DNA of 64,000 bases from Octopus sinensis (GCF_006345805.1 NC_043012.1:1240001-1304000), one strand, 5' to 3'. Positions 50,189-62,258 are shown, counted from the first letter of the stretch. Notes: a model not told the origin generated them from the letters alone. Translations and numbers: made by a program.

Positions 50189-50536
50189 ATAACTCTGGAG
50201 TAGGACCAGGGAACTTTGAGAATATTTGGGTCTCAACATAGCTGATGAACAGGCTCACATAACTGGGGCCCAATCTCATTTCCTTATTTCTTTATTGCCC
50301 ACAAGGGGCTAAACATAGAGGGGACAAACAAGGACAGACAAAAAGATTAAGTCAATTACATCGACCCCAGTGCGTAACTGGTACTTAATTTATCGACCCC
50401 GAATGGACGAAAGGCAAAGTCGACCTCGGCGGAATTTGAACTCAGAACGCAACGGCAGATGAAATATCACTATGCATTTTGCCTGGTGTGCTAACGTTTC
50501 TGGCAGCTCACCACCCAGTCTCATTTCCATGACCAC
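50189..50536 (-). pseudogene. Penelope-like element RT fragment, split by a family B SINE and cut by the gap
   Basis: After removing the SINE: GVVMEMRLGPSYVSLFISYVETQIFSKFPGPTPEL, matching the PLE motif G.AMGT.MGPSYA.LF.GY.E that precedes RYIDD. Confidence 0.7.
50284..50513 (-). mobile_element. SINE family B with 15-bp TSD
   Basis: ccca(a/g)tctcatttcc at 50269-50283 and 50514-50528. Confidence 0.9.
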
Positions 50537-50588
50537 TCATATATGTATACAGAAAATATATACATACACACACATGTATACTTGTATG

Positions 50589-50624
<36 letters not shown>

Positions 50625-50664
50625 AATCAATGAAAGAATGGAGTTGAACGATGAATTAACAAAA

Positions 50665-50763
50665 TTCCTTTATTTTCGACATATGTTTTGAAGGGTGCAT
50701 ATACCTAATTTCGAAGAAATAAGGGGTGCATTATGCCGCCTTCTCATCAGGAAAAACAAGGAA
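50665..50763 (-). ncRNA. Type I HHR-like motif, one substitution from canonical (G12A)
   Basis: UUUUC CUGAUGA GAAGG..CCUUC AAAA CAUAUG UC GAAAA, with extended stems I and II. Confidence 0.65.
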
Positions 50764-51209
50764 CTTATGTCAGCATCAAGATGCACAAAAACTTTTAGAT
50801 GACTGCCCACACGGAACCCATATTCTTTCATTTATTTGTATTTAAAAAAAACACACAAATTCCCACACGAAAGCCCGTGGTCTCTGCCGTGTTTCAACCG
50901 TGTTTTTCTGACGTGAATTTGCTACCCATGTATTGGTTAACCGAATTATCCATAATAAGATAATTCATTCATCTACTCAATTATCTATATATATATATAT
51001 ATATGTACATATATATCGAGGTTATGAGAAGTAATGGTGTCAAGAAAACCCAAAGGTATAGGAAACTTATATATACACCATTCTGCTCAAATAACGAAAC
51101 TACAAATGCAATATCCTTATATATCTCACTTCTATTTTCTTTCCTCCACTTCTCTCTGTATTTCATATCTTCTCTTTAATAAATATTTGCTTAACCATTT
51201 TTGCACATC

Positions 51210-51257
51210 GTCACTGATGAAGGGATATATAAAATATCCTGCAAACTGCTGTAAGAC
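51210..51257 (+). ncRNA. Decayed HHR-like motif
   Basis: GUCA CUGAUGA AGGGAUAU AUAAA AUAUCCU GCAAA CUGCUG UA AGAC; related to the 28.6 kb half motifs. Confidence 0.4.
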
Positions 51258-51348
51258 CTCTTTATAAATGTTCTGAATCTTTCATAGCCTTGGATTTTTT
51301 ATCTCATTCTGCTCATTTTTATACATGTGCATATATATACACATATAT

Positions 51349-51399
<51 letters not shown>

Positions 51400-51893
51400 T
51401 ATATATGTATATATATATATATATTGTAGATATATACATATACATATATTATATATAACTATATATATGTATGTATGTATGTGTGAATGTGTACGTGTGT
51501 GTATATATATATATATATATATGCATCTCTTTTTGTGTAGAATATTTTGTGAAGTTTTACATAGCAGATAATCAGTAATCAATGCATGTAAAACATGGTC
51601 ATCTCCATTATGTAGAAGTATATAAATGTGATAACACGGTGATATCGTGGGGTATGCGCACGTGTACATGTGTGTACATGTGAATACGTGTGTGTCTATA
51701 TGTATGCATGTGTGTGTGTATGCCACAAATGCGATAAGAGGAGAAAATCACATAATAACATGTAATAGCTTGTAATATCATGACATAAAGGATGTGTTAT
51801 TTACAACTAAGTGATATTAAACTGCAATTATAGTAGTGTTTGTTTTTGGTGATGTTGATATATATATGTATTATATATGTTGATATATATATA

Positions 51894-51927
<34 letters not shown>

Positions 51928-52485
51928 ATATATATATATGTATAATATTATATATATATATAATATATTGTTATATAAAAAATCTGCACAACAAATATTT
52001 AAACGTACTATATATATATATAATATATATATATGTATGTATGTATATATATATACACACATACATATGCATATATATTTAAACGCACATATAAACATAC
52101 ATATATATATATATTCATATACATGTATAAACACACATACACCCATATATATATGTATACAGATACATGTATATTTGTACATACACATATATGTATACAC
52201 ACACACACACATACACACACGTACTTCCATATATTCTGTTTTATTGGTTGGTAAGCTCTGAATCAGTCAATTAGTGAATTGCTGTGCAATTTTCCCCGGA
52301 TGAATATTATGATATTTAGTTGCTGTTTTTCTTGTTTTTATCTGTTTTTTTTTCTTATTTTTGTCTTTTTATTTTCTTATTTGCTAATTTCTCTACTGTG
52401 TGTGGACACATACTCACCCAAGCACATCTGCACACATACGCACACACACACACATATATACATACACACATATACATACGTATAT

Positions 52486-52546
<61 letters not shown>

Positions 52547-52679
52547 GGATGTCTTTATGTTCAGATTATATTGTCAATCTCTCTCTCTCTCTCTCACTCT
52601 CTCCTCTCTCTCTCTCTCTATATATATATAGAGAGAGAGAGAGACACAGAGAGACACAGAGAGACAGACAGACAAAGAC

Positions 52680-52734
<55 letters not shown>

Positions 52735-53212
52735 CATAAATGTCTATACATATATATATATATATAATATATATATATATCTATCTATATATATATGATA
52801 TGGATGTGTGTGTATGTGTGTATTTATACATGTATGCCTGGATGATGCGTCTATATTTTAAAATTGTAAAATCATATTTCAATTATTTACAAATTATATA
52901 TTCAGAGTGTGTGTGTTTAGTGTTTAATGACAGTACATCCAGGCATAATTTGACAGTTTGCATAAAAGGAAAAGTGCATGCAATACCTCCTCCCACAATA
53001 AAACTATCTTAGAAAATCAAACAGTATCCTCTAGAACTGTGGTTCCTGAATTTTCTAGGGCTGCCACCCCACTGGCACCTAGGCCACATTCCTAGCACCC
53101 CACCCCAAGCTTATCACCACAAATATAAACAACTTCCTACAGCAAATTCAAAACAACTGTATTTATTTCATAAATAAAACTTAATCTAATCTACTTATAA
53201 TTTTGTTTTCAA

Positions 53213-53503
53213 CAAACACCATCCGATCGTGGCCGTTGCCAGCCTCACCTGGCCTCCGTGCCGGTGGCACGTAAAAAGCACCATCCGAGCGTGGCCGTTC
53301 ACCAGCTTCGTCGGGCACCTGTGCAGGTGGCACGTAAAAAGCACCCACTACACTCACGGAGTGGTTGGCGTTAGAAAGGGCATCCAGCTGTAGAAACACT
53401 GCCAGATCTGGCCTGGTGCAGCCTTCGGGCTTCCCAGACCCCAGTTGAACCGTCCAACCCATGCTAGCATGGGAAGCAGACGTTAAACGATGATGATGAT
53501 GAT
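53213..53503 (+). mobile_element. RTE 3' UTR copy
   Basis: Close match to 22560-22846. Confidence 0.9.
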
Positions 53504-53569
53504 TATATACATACATACAAACATACGTAACATACATACATACATGCATGCATGCATGCATACATATAT

Positions 53570-54005
53570 ATTAGGTTGTTCTGAAAATAATGGCCGCTCT
53601 AAGTGTTGTGATTTGAAATGCAATTTTTTCATAGTATTTTAATTATATTTTAGGTGAATTTCGACATACTTGATAATTGATGTGTGCTCTTTAATAATTT
53701 TCTACTTATTTCAGACAGAATACATTCTTGAAGCATGGGCGCCCTTAGTTACGATCATGACAAAAAGGACCTTCGCTTTCTCTTCTTGTATGAGTTCAAG
53801 CTTGGGCACAATGCTTCCCAAACTACTGCCAATATCAACAGAGCATGGGGAGAGGGGTCCACTAGTGATCATACAGTACGAAGGTGGTTTCAGAAATTCC
53901 ATAGTAGTGATTAAGAACCTTGAAGATGAAGAAGGTAGAGGACAGTCATGCAATCTTGATAATGGACAATTGAAAGTAATTGTTGAACAAAACCCACGAC
54001 AAAGG
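53570..54005 (+). mobile_element. mariner (Hsmar1/cecropia-like) left TIR and transposase N-terminus
   Basis: tattaggttgttctgaaaataatggccg; MTKKDLRFLFLYEFKLGHNASQTTANINRAWGEGSTSDHTVRRWFQKF..EDEEGRGQ..DNGQLKVIVEQNP. Confidence 0.85.
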
Positions 54006-54949
54006 CCTCAGAACCTGGTACAAGCATTCCTCACTGTGTCCCTGGGAATCTCGTCCTTGATCTTCAAACATCTCCTTGATCTTGGCCAGCAGCTCCACCT
54101 TGGTTTTGTAGGCTGAGCAGTTGGTGTTTTTCTTAATTATGTTTCATACATAGTAATCCATGAGATTACCCTTGTAGGAATTAGGAGGCCAAAAATTGCA
54201 CAGGTGATGTTGTAGAAATTCTCCAACAATCACTTATGATTGCAGGTATGGCAAAGAGGTGGATCCTGCTACCATATATGGCCTTGCATTTCCTGTACAA
54301 GGACCTTATCTAACATGTGGGTTTTGAAAAGAATACAAGCCTTTTAATAGATTTGAAAAGAGTAATAATTGAGCATCCTGAAACACCCCTCACACCCTGT
54401 GCTTATAATCATCATCATCATCATCATAATCATTTAACATCCATTTCCCATGCTGGCATGGGTTGGATGGCTTGACAGGAGCCAGTAAACCAGAGGACTG
54501 CACCAAGCTTCACTGTCTCTTTTGGCATGGCTTTTACAGCTGGATGACTTTCCTAATGTCAACCATGTTACAGAGTATACATAGCAACGAAACTGGTGAG
54601 GTCTATTTGGCATAATTTTATATATACATGTAGTGAAAATACTGTCGTCTAAATTACACAAAAATGAAAATAATACTGGGATGTACTTGCATAGCAAGTG
54701 ATTTGATCAGAGATCGTGTGCTGAAATGAAAACAATTGCAGCGTGGAGGGTGTTTGTAAGCCATTTAAGAAACACACAAAAGCCATTCGATTCGCTTCAA
54801 CATTTAAGTTTAATTTGTCAAAATATTTTCATCGCTATGAGACCGCGACCTGTTCACTGACAAAAATCCGTGCTGCATCTGACATCTCATTTTAACAGAT
54901 ATATTTACCAAAATTACACAAAAAATATCTTGAAATGCTAAAGAGGAAA

Positions 54950-56141
54950 TTTATTCAATATAATCGCCAGTGGTTTCAACCACCACCTCCAGATGACTTC
55001 AGAATCCCTTGTCACTCTTCTGGATAGTCTTCTTGTTTAAGTTGGTGAATGCTGCCATAATCTTTGCCTTCAATTCATCTTTGGTGTCACAAGGAGTTTC
55101 GTTGGTCTCTCATTCAACTGTACCTCACACATAATAATAAAGGGGATTGCAGTCTGGGAAGTTAGATGGCCAGATGTTAGAGATGATATGGTTGCAGAAA
55201 TTGTCTGACAGCCATGATTGTGTTCTTCTGCTTGTGCGGCATGATGCAGAGTCCTGTTACCTGACATAGGGTCTTCCAACAACAACCCTCTTTACTCAGG
55301 GCAGTACTACCTCCTCCAGGCACTTGATGAAAGCCTCCATGTTGAGTCTGAAGCTGTGTGAGAAGATGAATGGAGGCATAACGTCACCATCACTAGTGAT
55401 CACACCAAACACCATGATGTTGACTGATTTTTCAATTTTTATCACTCTCAGTACATGCTTTGGGGACACAGCAAACCAATGGTTGTTTTGTGTGTTCACC
55501 ATCTTATCCTGGCAGAAATTTTTCTCATCTGAGAAAAAACCAAAGTGTGTTCGGTTGGAGGGGATGCTTGAGTTTGCTTAAAAGCATCATAATGTGATCT
55601 TTCCTCTTGTCCTTGATGGCTTGGGATAAATTTGGTCCTTTCTCATCTTGTATGAGGAATACTGAATGTCTTCACGCACTACCTGCCTGATAAGAAACTC
55701 AGACACTCCCATGTCCCTGGTGATGGACTGGATTGACTTGGAGGGAGCATTGTCAATCATGGCCTGCATCTCATTAACTAATTCAGGAGTTCTTTTCTTA
55801 CCAGAACAATCAGAGTGAGTTTTCCAGGCTGCCATTTGACTCATCCAAGTTTTTCCGAGTCCTCGGCACTGTCCTCAGATTGACATCCAAACACTCTGAA
55901 ATGCTTGCACTACTGCTTCTGGTATGGATGCCAAGCAGTACAGCATGTCATTTCCAAACAGCTTATTGTTTCCAAATTTCTGCTTGAGTGAATTGCATCA
56001 TGGTGCTGTTTTTCGCACAGATGGTGCCCAACTGACCCTACTATACTGTGTAGTTGACAAAATCAACAACAAACAATGCACATGCATGAAATTAAAAATA
56101 TAAAATGGTAACAATTTACCCATCACACCATGTATATATAT
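54950..56141 (-). mobile_element. Decayed Tc1/mariner-superfamily transposon, maT (DD37D)-like
   Basis: FFSDEKNFCQD, NTQNNHW, VMVFGVITSDGDVMPPFIF, QQDS, WPSN.PDCNP..Y.V, DELKAKI; terminal caatttacccatcacaccatgta. Confidence 0.8.
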
Positions 56142-56160
56142 ATATATATATATATAATAA

Positions 56161-56409
56161 ATGTGCCCTTTTAAAGCCTAGCCATGATCATGGGCCCAGT
56201 TTCCCGGTTTCTATGGCGTATGTGTTCCCCAGCTGGATGGGACGCCAGTCCATTGCAGCGTTACTCATTTTTGCCAGCTGAGTGGACTGGAGCAACGTGA
56301 AATGAAGTGTTTTGCTCAAGAACACAACGCGTTGCCTGGTCCAAGAATCAAAACCACAATTTTACGATCATGATGCTGACACCCTAACCACTAAGCCATG
56401 CACCTCCAC
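56161..56409 (-). mobile_element. SINE family E, full length (tRNA head, CORE-like and V-domain-like segments)
   Basis: A box atggcttagtggtt; ttgtgttcttgagcaaaacacttc; gcaatggactggcgtcccatccag resembles the V domain. Confidence 0.8.
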
Positions 56410-56456
56410 ACACACACACACACACACACACGCGCACACACACACACACACATATA

Positions 56457-56669
56457 TATAAATACAGTGTACATTTAAACGCATAAGAGGTAGCCATCAT
56501 AGGACTACCTGTACGCTAGAGAGGACAGTTAAATTCCAAACTGCTATTAGGGATAAAATATCGAAGGGAATAACCTCTATAGTGGTTTGGAATTTAACTG
56601 TCTTCTCTAGCATGCAGATAGTCCTATGATGGCTACTTCTTATGGTTTAAATGTACACTGTATTTATAT
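56457..56669. repeat. Fold-back MITE-like element (90-bp arms)
   Basis: 56457-56546 pairs with 56580-56669; a half copy lies at about 9725-9790. Confidence 0.85.
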
Positions 56670-56778
56670 GAATAATATATAGTCTGTTGACTAAAGTTTT
56701 CCACGCTAGGCCACTGGTAATGGACATTTCTAATATTTCTGATTACCCTTTGATATTATGAATTATATATATATATAT

Positions 56779-57103
56779 ACTCTTTACTCTTTACTCTTTT
56801 ACTTGTTTCAGTCATTTGACTGTGGCCATGCTGGAGCACCACCTTTTTAATCGAGCAAATCGACCCTAGGACTTATTCTTTTGTAAGCCCAGTACTTATT
56901 CTATCGGTCCCTTTTGCCGAACCGCTAAGTAACGGGGACATAAACACACCAGCATCGGTTGTCAAGCAATGCTAGGGGAACAAACACAGACACACAAACA
57001 CACACATGCATATGTATATATATACATATATACGACGGGCTTCTTTCAGTTTCCGTCTACCAAATCCACTCACAAGGCTTTGGTTGGCCCAAGGCTATAG
57101 TAA
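56779..57103 (-). mobile_element. SINE family A, 5'-truncated
   Basis: Sequence match to family A. Confidence 0.9.
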
Positions 57104-57459
57104 TATATGTAAGAGCATAGGAGCATAGGAGCAAAGGTCTTTCCTGAGTCATAGTCTGATAATGCTGGTTTCCTGGGTTCTGTGGTGTATGTATTCTTCC
57201 CAACTCCTGGATGGAATGCCAGTCCATTACAAAATTATTCACTTTTGTCTGCTAAATGTACTGGAGCAATGTGAAATGAAGTGTTTTGCTTAAGAATACA
57301 ATACATTGCCTGGTCTAGGAATCGAAACCACAATCTCACAGTCATGAGACAGACACCTCTAATCAATAAGCCATGTGATTTCACAAATACACATTCCGCA
57401 ACACATGTATATAAACATGTAAATAATACATATACATGTGTGTGTGTATTTATTTGGAT

Positions 57460-57569
57460 ATAGACAGACAGGCAGATAGATAGACAGACAGGCAGATAGA
57501 TAGATAGATAGACAGACATACAGACAGACAGACTGACAGACAGACAGACAGACAGATAGATAGACAGAC

Positions 57570-57636
<67 letters not shown>

Positions 57637-57645
57637 GGATGGATG
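57460..57645. repeat. (CAGA)n/(GATA)n microsatellite
   Basis: Direct reading. Confidence 0.95.
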
Positions 57646-58334
57646 GACATATATAGTTATAAATATATATATTCATATATACATTCATATGTATACATAT
57701 ACACATACATACACACAACACATCTCTCTCTGTATATATGTGTGTGCATGCGTATGTGTATGTGTAGCATATATAAATATATGTATGTGTCTAAATAGAT
57801 TTGTGTTCTTTGATATATATATATTTGTATGTATGTACGTTATGAATGCAAAATCAATACAAATGCATTTGTATGCTTGTTGTATGAGTGTAAAGTGTCT
57901 CATAATTTAATAATTCTCTAAATGTAGAAAGCATAAACAGATTACTGTAATATGACACAACTATTTTATATTCGGAGATTTATAGTTCAATGTCAATGGG
58001 ACACAGCTCCATGTCTAGAGTACATTCAAGCCAGCAATTCTCTCTCTCTCTATGCGTGTTTGTGTGTACATAGTTTATGTATACATGTCTGTATATAGGT
58101 TCCATACATATAAGAGCATTTCTGTTGTGTCTGTGTGCATACATGTTTATTTATATGCATCTATGTGTGTGCATCTATATATGTGTGTTATGCTATATAA
58201 AGGTGTGTCTCTAAGGTGGTGAACTGGAAGAATTGGTGGTAAATTAAACAAAATGTTCAGGCGTTGTTTCTTCTAACTCGTTACAATTCTGAAACACCAT
58301 GGCTATACAGTTCTATATTTAAGAGATGAGGAAT

Positions 58335-58475
58335 TATGTACATTATTTACATTTGACGGATATTTCTCCTCATCTTGTTTGTTATTAACATGTTTTGGCT
58401 GATATATCCTCCAGCCTTCATCAAGTGGTTTGGGGAAATTTCAAACCTGGGTTCTCATTCCTAAGGTATTTTTCG
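58335..58475 (-). mobile_element. Penelope-like terminal remnant with a decayed HHR-like motif
   Basis: Minus strand cacttgatgaaggctggaggatatatcagccaaaacatgtt; inverted homolog at 59100-59250. Confidence 0.6.
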
Positions 58476-58508
58476 ATGTTATTATTATTATTGTTATTAT
58501 TATTATTA

Positions 58509-58567
<59 letters not shown>

Positions 58568-58569
<2 letters not shown>

Positions 58570-58830
58570 GGTAAGGGGCAAATACTCTGAAACTAGTCTG
58601 TAGATGCCAGACTGGCAAGGGGGAGTGGCTGACCTCCCCTGTTCAAAGGTTATAATGGACACAGGTTCGTGTGTCACGTAGCTAGCTAGAGGCGATGGCC
58701 TCTTGGAGCTAATCAATGGCAGCATTCGTCCTATTTTTCTGGACTTCCATGTTAGCCTGGCGATAACTATCAATATCCAGTACCGCTGCCATAGTCTCCT
58801 TAAGAGAGACTTAGAAATACTAATATTTCT
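58568..58830 (+). mobile_element. Structured HHR-bearing element, distant relative of 34890-35167
   Basis: UUGGUAA GGGG CAAAUA CUCU GAAA CUAG UC UGUAGA UGC; shared downstream hairpins and terminal agaaat..atttct. Confidence 0.55.
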
Positions 58831-59099
58831 ATTATTATATTATTATTATTATTCAGGTCACTGCCTGGAATCGAACTTGGAATCTTGGGGTTAGTAGCCC
58901 ACGCTGTTAACCATTGCCTGTGGACAATTATGGAGTGAATTTTAGGGCTTATAAATCTAATATGTTTCTATCCTTCCTTAATACCGGTTCCCATATGCTA
59001 TTCATATCTGCACTCGGTCTGTTTAGGAGGTTGTTGTGTCCAAGCATATGTGCGGCTTTTTTTTTTCGTACTTTCAAACAACAGCAACAACAAGAACAA

Positions 59100-59250
59100 C
59101 ATTGGAAAATACCTTAGGAATGAGAACCCAGGTTCGAAATTTCCCCAAGAAACCTGAATGAAGGCTGGAGGGTATATCAGCCAAAACGTGTTAACAACAA
59201 ACAAGATGAGGACAAATATCCGTCAAATGTAAATAATGTAAATAATGTAC
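59100..59250 (+). mobile_element. Penelope-like terminal remnant with a decayed HHR-like motif
   Basis: cctgaatgaaggctggagggtatatcagccaaaacgtgtt. Confidence 0.6.
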
Positions 59251-59269
59251 ACCATGGCTATGTTATAAG

Positions 59270-59450
59270 TATATGCATGTTGTGGCTGTGTGGTAAGATG
59301 TTTGCTTCCAAACCATGTGATTCTGGGTTCAATCTCACTATGGGAAACCTTGGGCAAGTGTCATCTACTATAGCCTCAGGCTGACCAAAGCCTTGTGAGT
59401 GGATTTGGGTAAACAGAAACTGAAAGATGACCACCATATATGTATACATG

Positions 59451-59499
<49 letters not shown>

Positions 59500-59690
59500 G
59501 TGTGTGTGTGTCATTGTGACAGTGTTGGTGTATTTATGTCCCCATAACTTAGCAGTTTGGTAAAAGAGACTGATTGAATAAGTACCTGACTTTAAATGCT
59601 CTGGGGTCAGTTTGTTTCACTAAATTTCTTCAAGATGGTGTTCCAGCATGGCCACCATCTTACAACAGAAACAAGTAAAAGATAAAGATA
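59270..59690 (+). mobile_element. SINE family A, degenerate
   Basis: Sequence match to family A. Confidence 0.8.
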
Positions 59691-59711
59691 TTTATACATA
59701 CATACAAACAT

Positions 59712-59830
59712 GTGAAGGAGAGTCTGCCAAATGTGAACCCAAGTGAGGGACCATTATGAAGGGATGCTAAATGTAAAGAATAGATGGGAGGAGGGACTGC
59801 CTAATGTGGATCCAACAGGGAGACCACCAC

Positions 59831-59864
<34 letters not shown>

Positions 59865-60540
59865 GTTTAACGTGCACTTTCCATGCTAGCATGGGTTGTA
59901 TGATTTGACTGAGGACTGGTGAACCAGATGGCTGCACCAAGCTCCAATCTGATCTGGCAGAGTTTCTACAGCTGGATGCCCTTCCTAACGCCAACCACTC
60001 CGAGAGTGTAGTGAGTGCTTTTACGTTCCATCAGCATGAAGGCCACGTGCACAGGAGCCAGTCCAGCAGCACTGGCAACGACCTTGCTTGAATATTTTTT
60101 CACGTTCCAGTAAAGCAACGCTGGTAACGATCACACTCGAGTGGTGCTTTTTACATGCCACCAGCACAGAAGCCAGTCAGCTGCTCTGGCAATGATCACG
60201 TTCGAATGGTGCTCAGACAGTAGCACGATAGATAAAGCTTTGAAGGACATGAAGACAAGGAAATCCCCTGGCCTATTAGGAGTCAACTCTGAGATGCTTA
60301 AAATGTCTGGCAGACTAGGATGTGGTCTAGTTATCCATATAGCTAATCAGGTTGTCTAACGACTGGTGTAGCAGCACCATAGTCAACTACTACAAAGGTA
60401 AAGGTAATGCCTTAGACAGTAATAATTACAGTGATATCAAACTGTTGGACCAGGGGATGAAAGTTACGGAGAGCGTCATAGCTCAACTAATTAAGAAGAG
60501 AGTTAGTCTAGATGAGATGCAGTTTGGTTTTGTGCCTATA
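59712..60540 (+). mobile_element. Older RTE RT fragment with an antisense RTE 3' UTR (about 59828-60213) inserted in it
   Basis: HYEGMLNVKNRWEEGLPNVDPTGRP [insert] DSSTIDKALKDMKTRKSPG..DEMQFGFVP is collinear with 41650-41300 (minus). Confidence 0.8.
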
Positions 60541-61299
60541 CAAGGTTTTGAAATGAGGGACTAAAAATGATTATCCAATATGAACTTGAAATAGAAATTG
60601 TTAATGGACAGCTCTAAATAATACAATGCAGATTTTATAAAAGAAAATAATTAAACAGCTATATTGAGGAACATCAAGTTAAGACTCTGAAGAGACTTTA
60701 CCATTTTATAGTAGGGCTGAAATTGCAACAGTTACTAAACAGTGCAATTGAAACGTGTGTTGGTCTTAATAAGGCAGTATATAATTATAGAATTAACGGT
60801 AATGCTATTGCTACTTCGGAGTAGTCTTTATTTCAATATTGACAATATTTATACTCCAGGAAACCTATATGTTAAGGAAATATATTTAGAATTATCCAAC
60901 GGAATATTCATCTAATTTCTTATATTACAAGAACTTTATTGGATTTATATGTTAACTGTTGAATAACATATTTTGAATACATGAGAGTAAACTGGTAATC
61001 GTTTTGAGATCATCCCTTGCCTTATACTAATATATAAATGTGTGTGTGTATGTGTGTAGTTCAAATTTACAGAAAACAAAAGAGGAAGACAGGTGAAGGA
61101 ACAACAAATAGGTGTATTAGCATAATGCTCAGGAAAAATGGAAAAGTCATTGGCATTTTGAGCCTACGTCCTCCATCAGAAAGGATTGAGAGGAAAAAAG
61201 AGAATGAAAGAGAGAGAGAGAATGAAAAAGAAAGGAGAGAGAAAAATGTGTAGGGATTAACTTATATGTGTATGTGTGGTGTGTCTGTGTGTGTATACA

Positions 61300-61625
61300 T
61301 ACATATAAAGTTAATCGAAACATGAAAACACAACAACGCGAGGACGTGGAACAAATATAGTGTTATTGGACGCTCAGGAAGGAAGGGAAGAAGGAGGGTT
61401 TAACGTTTCGAGTGGAGCTCTTCGTCGGAAACATAGGAGAAGGAAAGACCCAGAGAAGGGAAGACAGAGGAAAAAAATCGCCAACGGTACACACGCAGTC
61501 ACATTTTGAAATATATATACGTATATATATATTCCCTTCTTTCCTGAGCATCCAATAATACTTTATTTGTTCCACATCCTCGCGTTGTTGTCTTTTTGTT
61601 TTCTTGTTTGGATTAACTTTATTAT
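61300..61625. mobile_element. Fold-back element carrying a minimal HHR-like motif
   Basis: Arms 61331-61383 and 61537-61590; motif at 61398-61432. Confidence 0.75.
61398..61432 (-). ncRNA. 35-nt minimal type I HHR-like motif
   Basis: GUUU CCGACGA A GAG CUCCA CUC GAAA CG UU AAAC. Confidence 0.6.
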
Positions 61626-61924
61626 ATATATTATATATGTGTATATTATATTTTATTGAACATAAAATTATCAAGGCTCTGCTGAGCATGGGGCATTGAT
61701 CTTCATCTCCATCTTGGAGACAAATACCAAAGTCTCATGTGGCAGGTTTGATAATTGCTAAGAAATTGTCTTTGCATGAAACCAATGGTAGCATTGTAAA
61801 CCCATAAATAAAGAATATCTATCTACCAACACAGTGATGAGCACTCATTCTCACTATTCAATATCACCATATACATACAACATACATGCACACACACATA
61901 TATATAATATAATATATGTATATA

Positions 61925-62258
61925 TGTGGCACCTTGGGCAAGTGTCATCTACCATAGGCTCGGGCTGACCAAAGCCTTGTGAGTGGATTTGGTAGATGGA
62001 AACTGAAAGAAACTCATCATATATATGTATGTGTGTTGTGTGTGTGTGTGTGTTTTGTGTCTGTGTTTGTCCCCGCCAACATCGTCTGACAACCGATACT
62101 TGAGTGTTTATGTCCCCGTAACTTAGCGTTTCATCAAAAGAGATTGATAGAATAAGTACTAGGCTTACAAATAATACATCCTGAGGGTCCATTTGCACGA
62201 TTAAAGGCAGTGCTCTAGCATGGCCACAGTCAAATGACTGAAACAAGTAAAAGAGTAA
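61925..62258 (+). mobile_element. SINE family A, 5'-truncated
   Basis: Sequence match to family A. Confidence 0.85.

Noticed and set aside
50242-50248. CTGATGA as an HHR core
   Set aside because: It is the antisense of the PLE RT coding sequence, and no stem II, GAAA or stem I follows.
53670-54116. 148-aa ORF
   Set aside because: It is an off-frame reading of the mariner N-terminal remnant.
59828-60540. Twin-priming 5' inversion of an RTE insertion
   Set aside because: The plus-strand RT frame continues on both sides of the antisense UTR, so a nested insertion explains it better.
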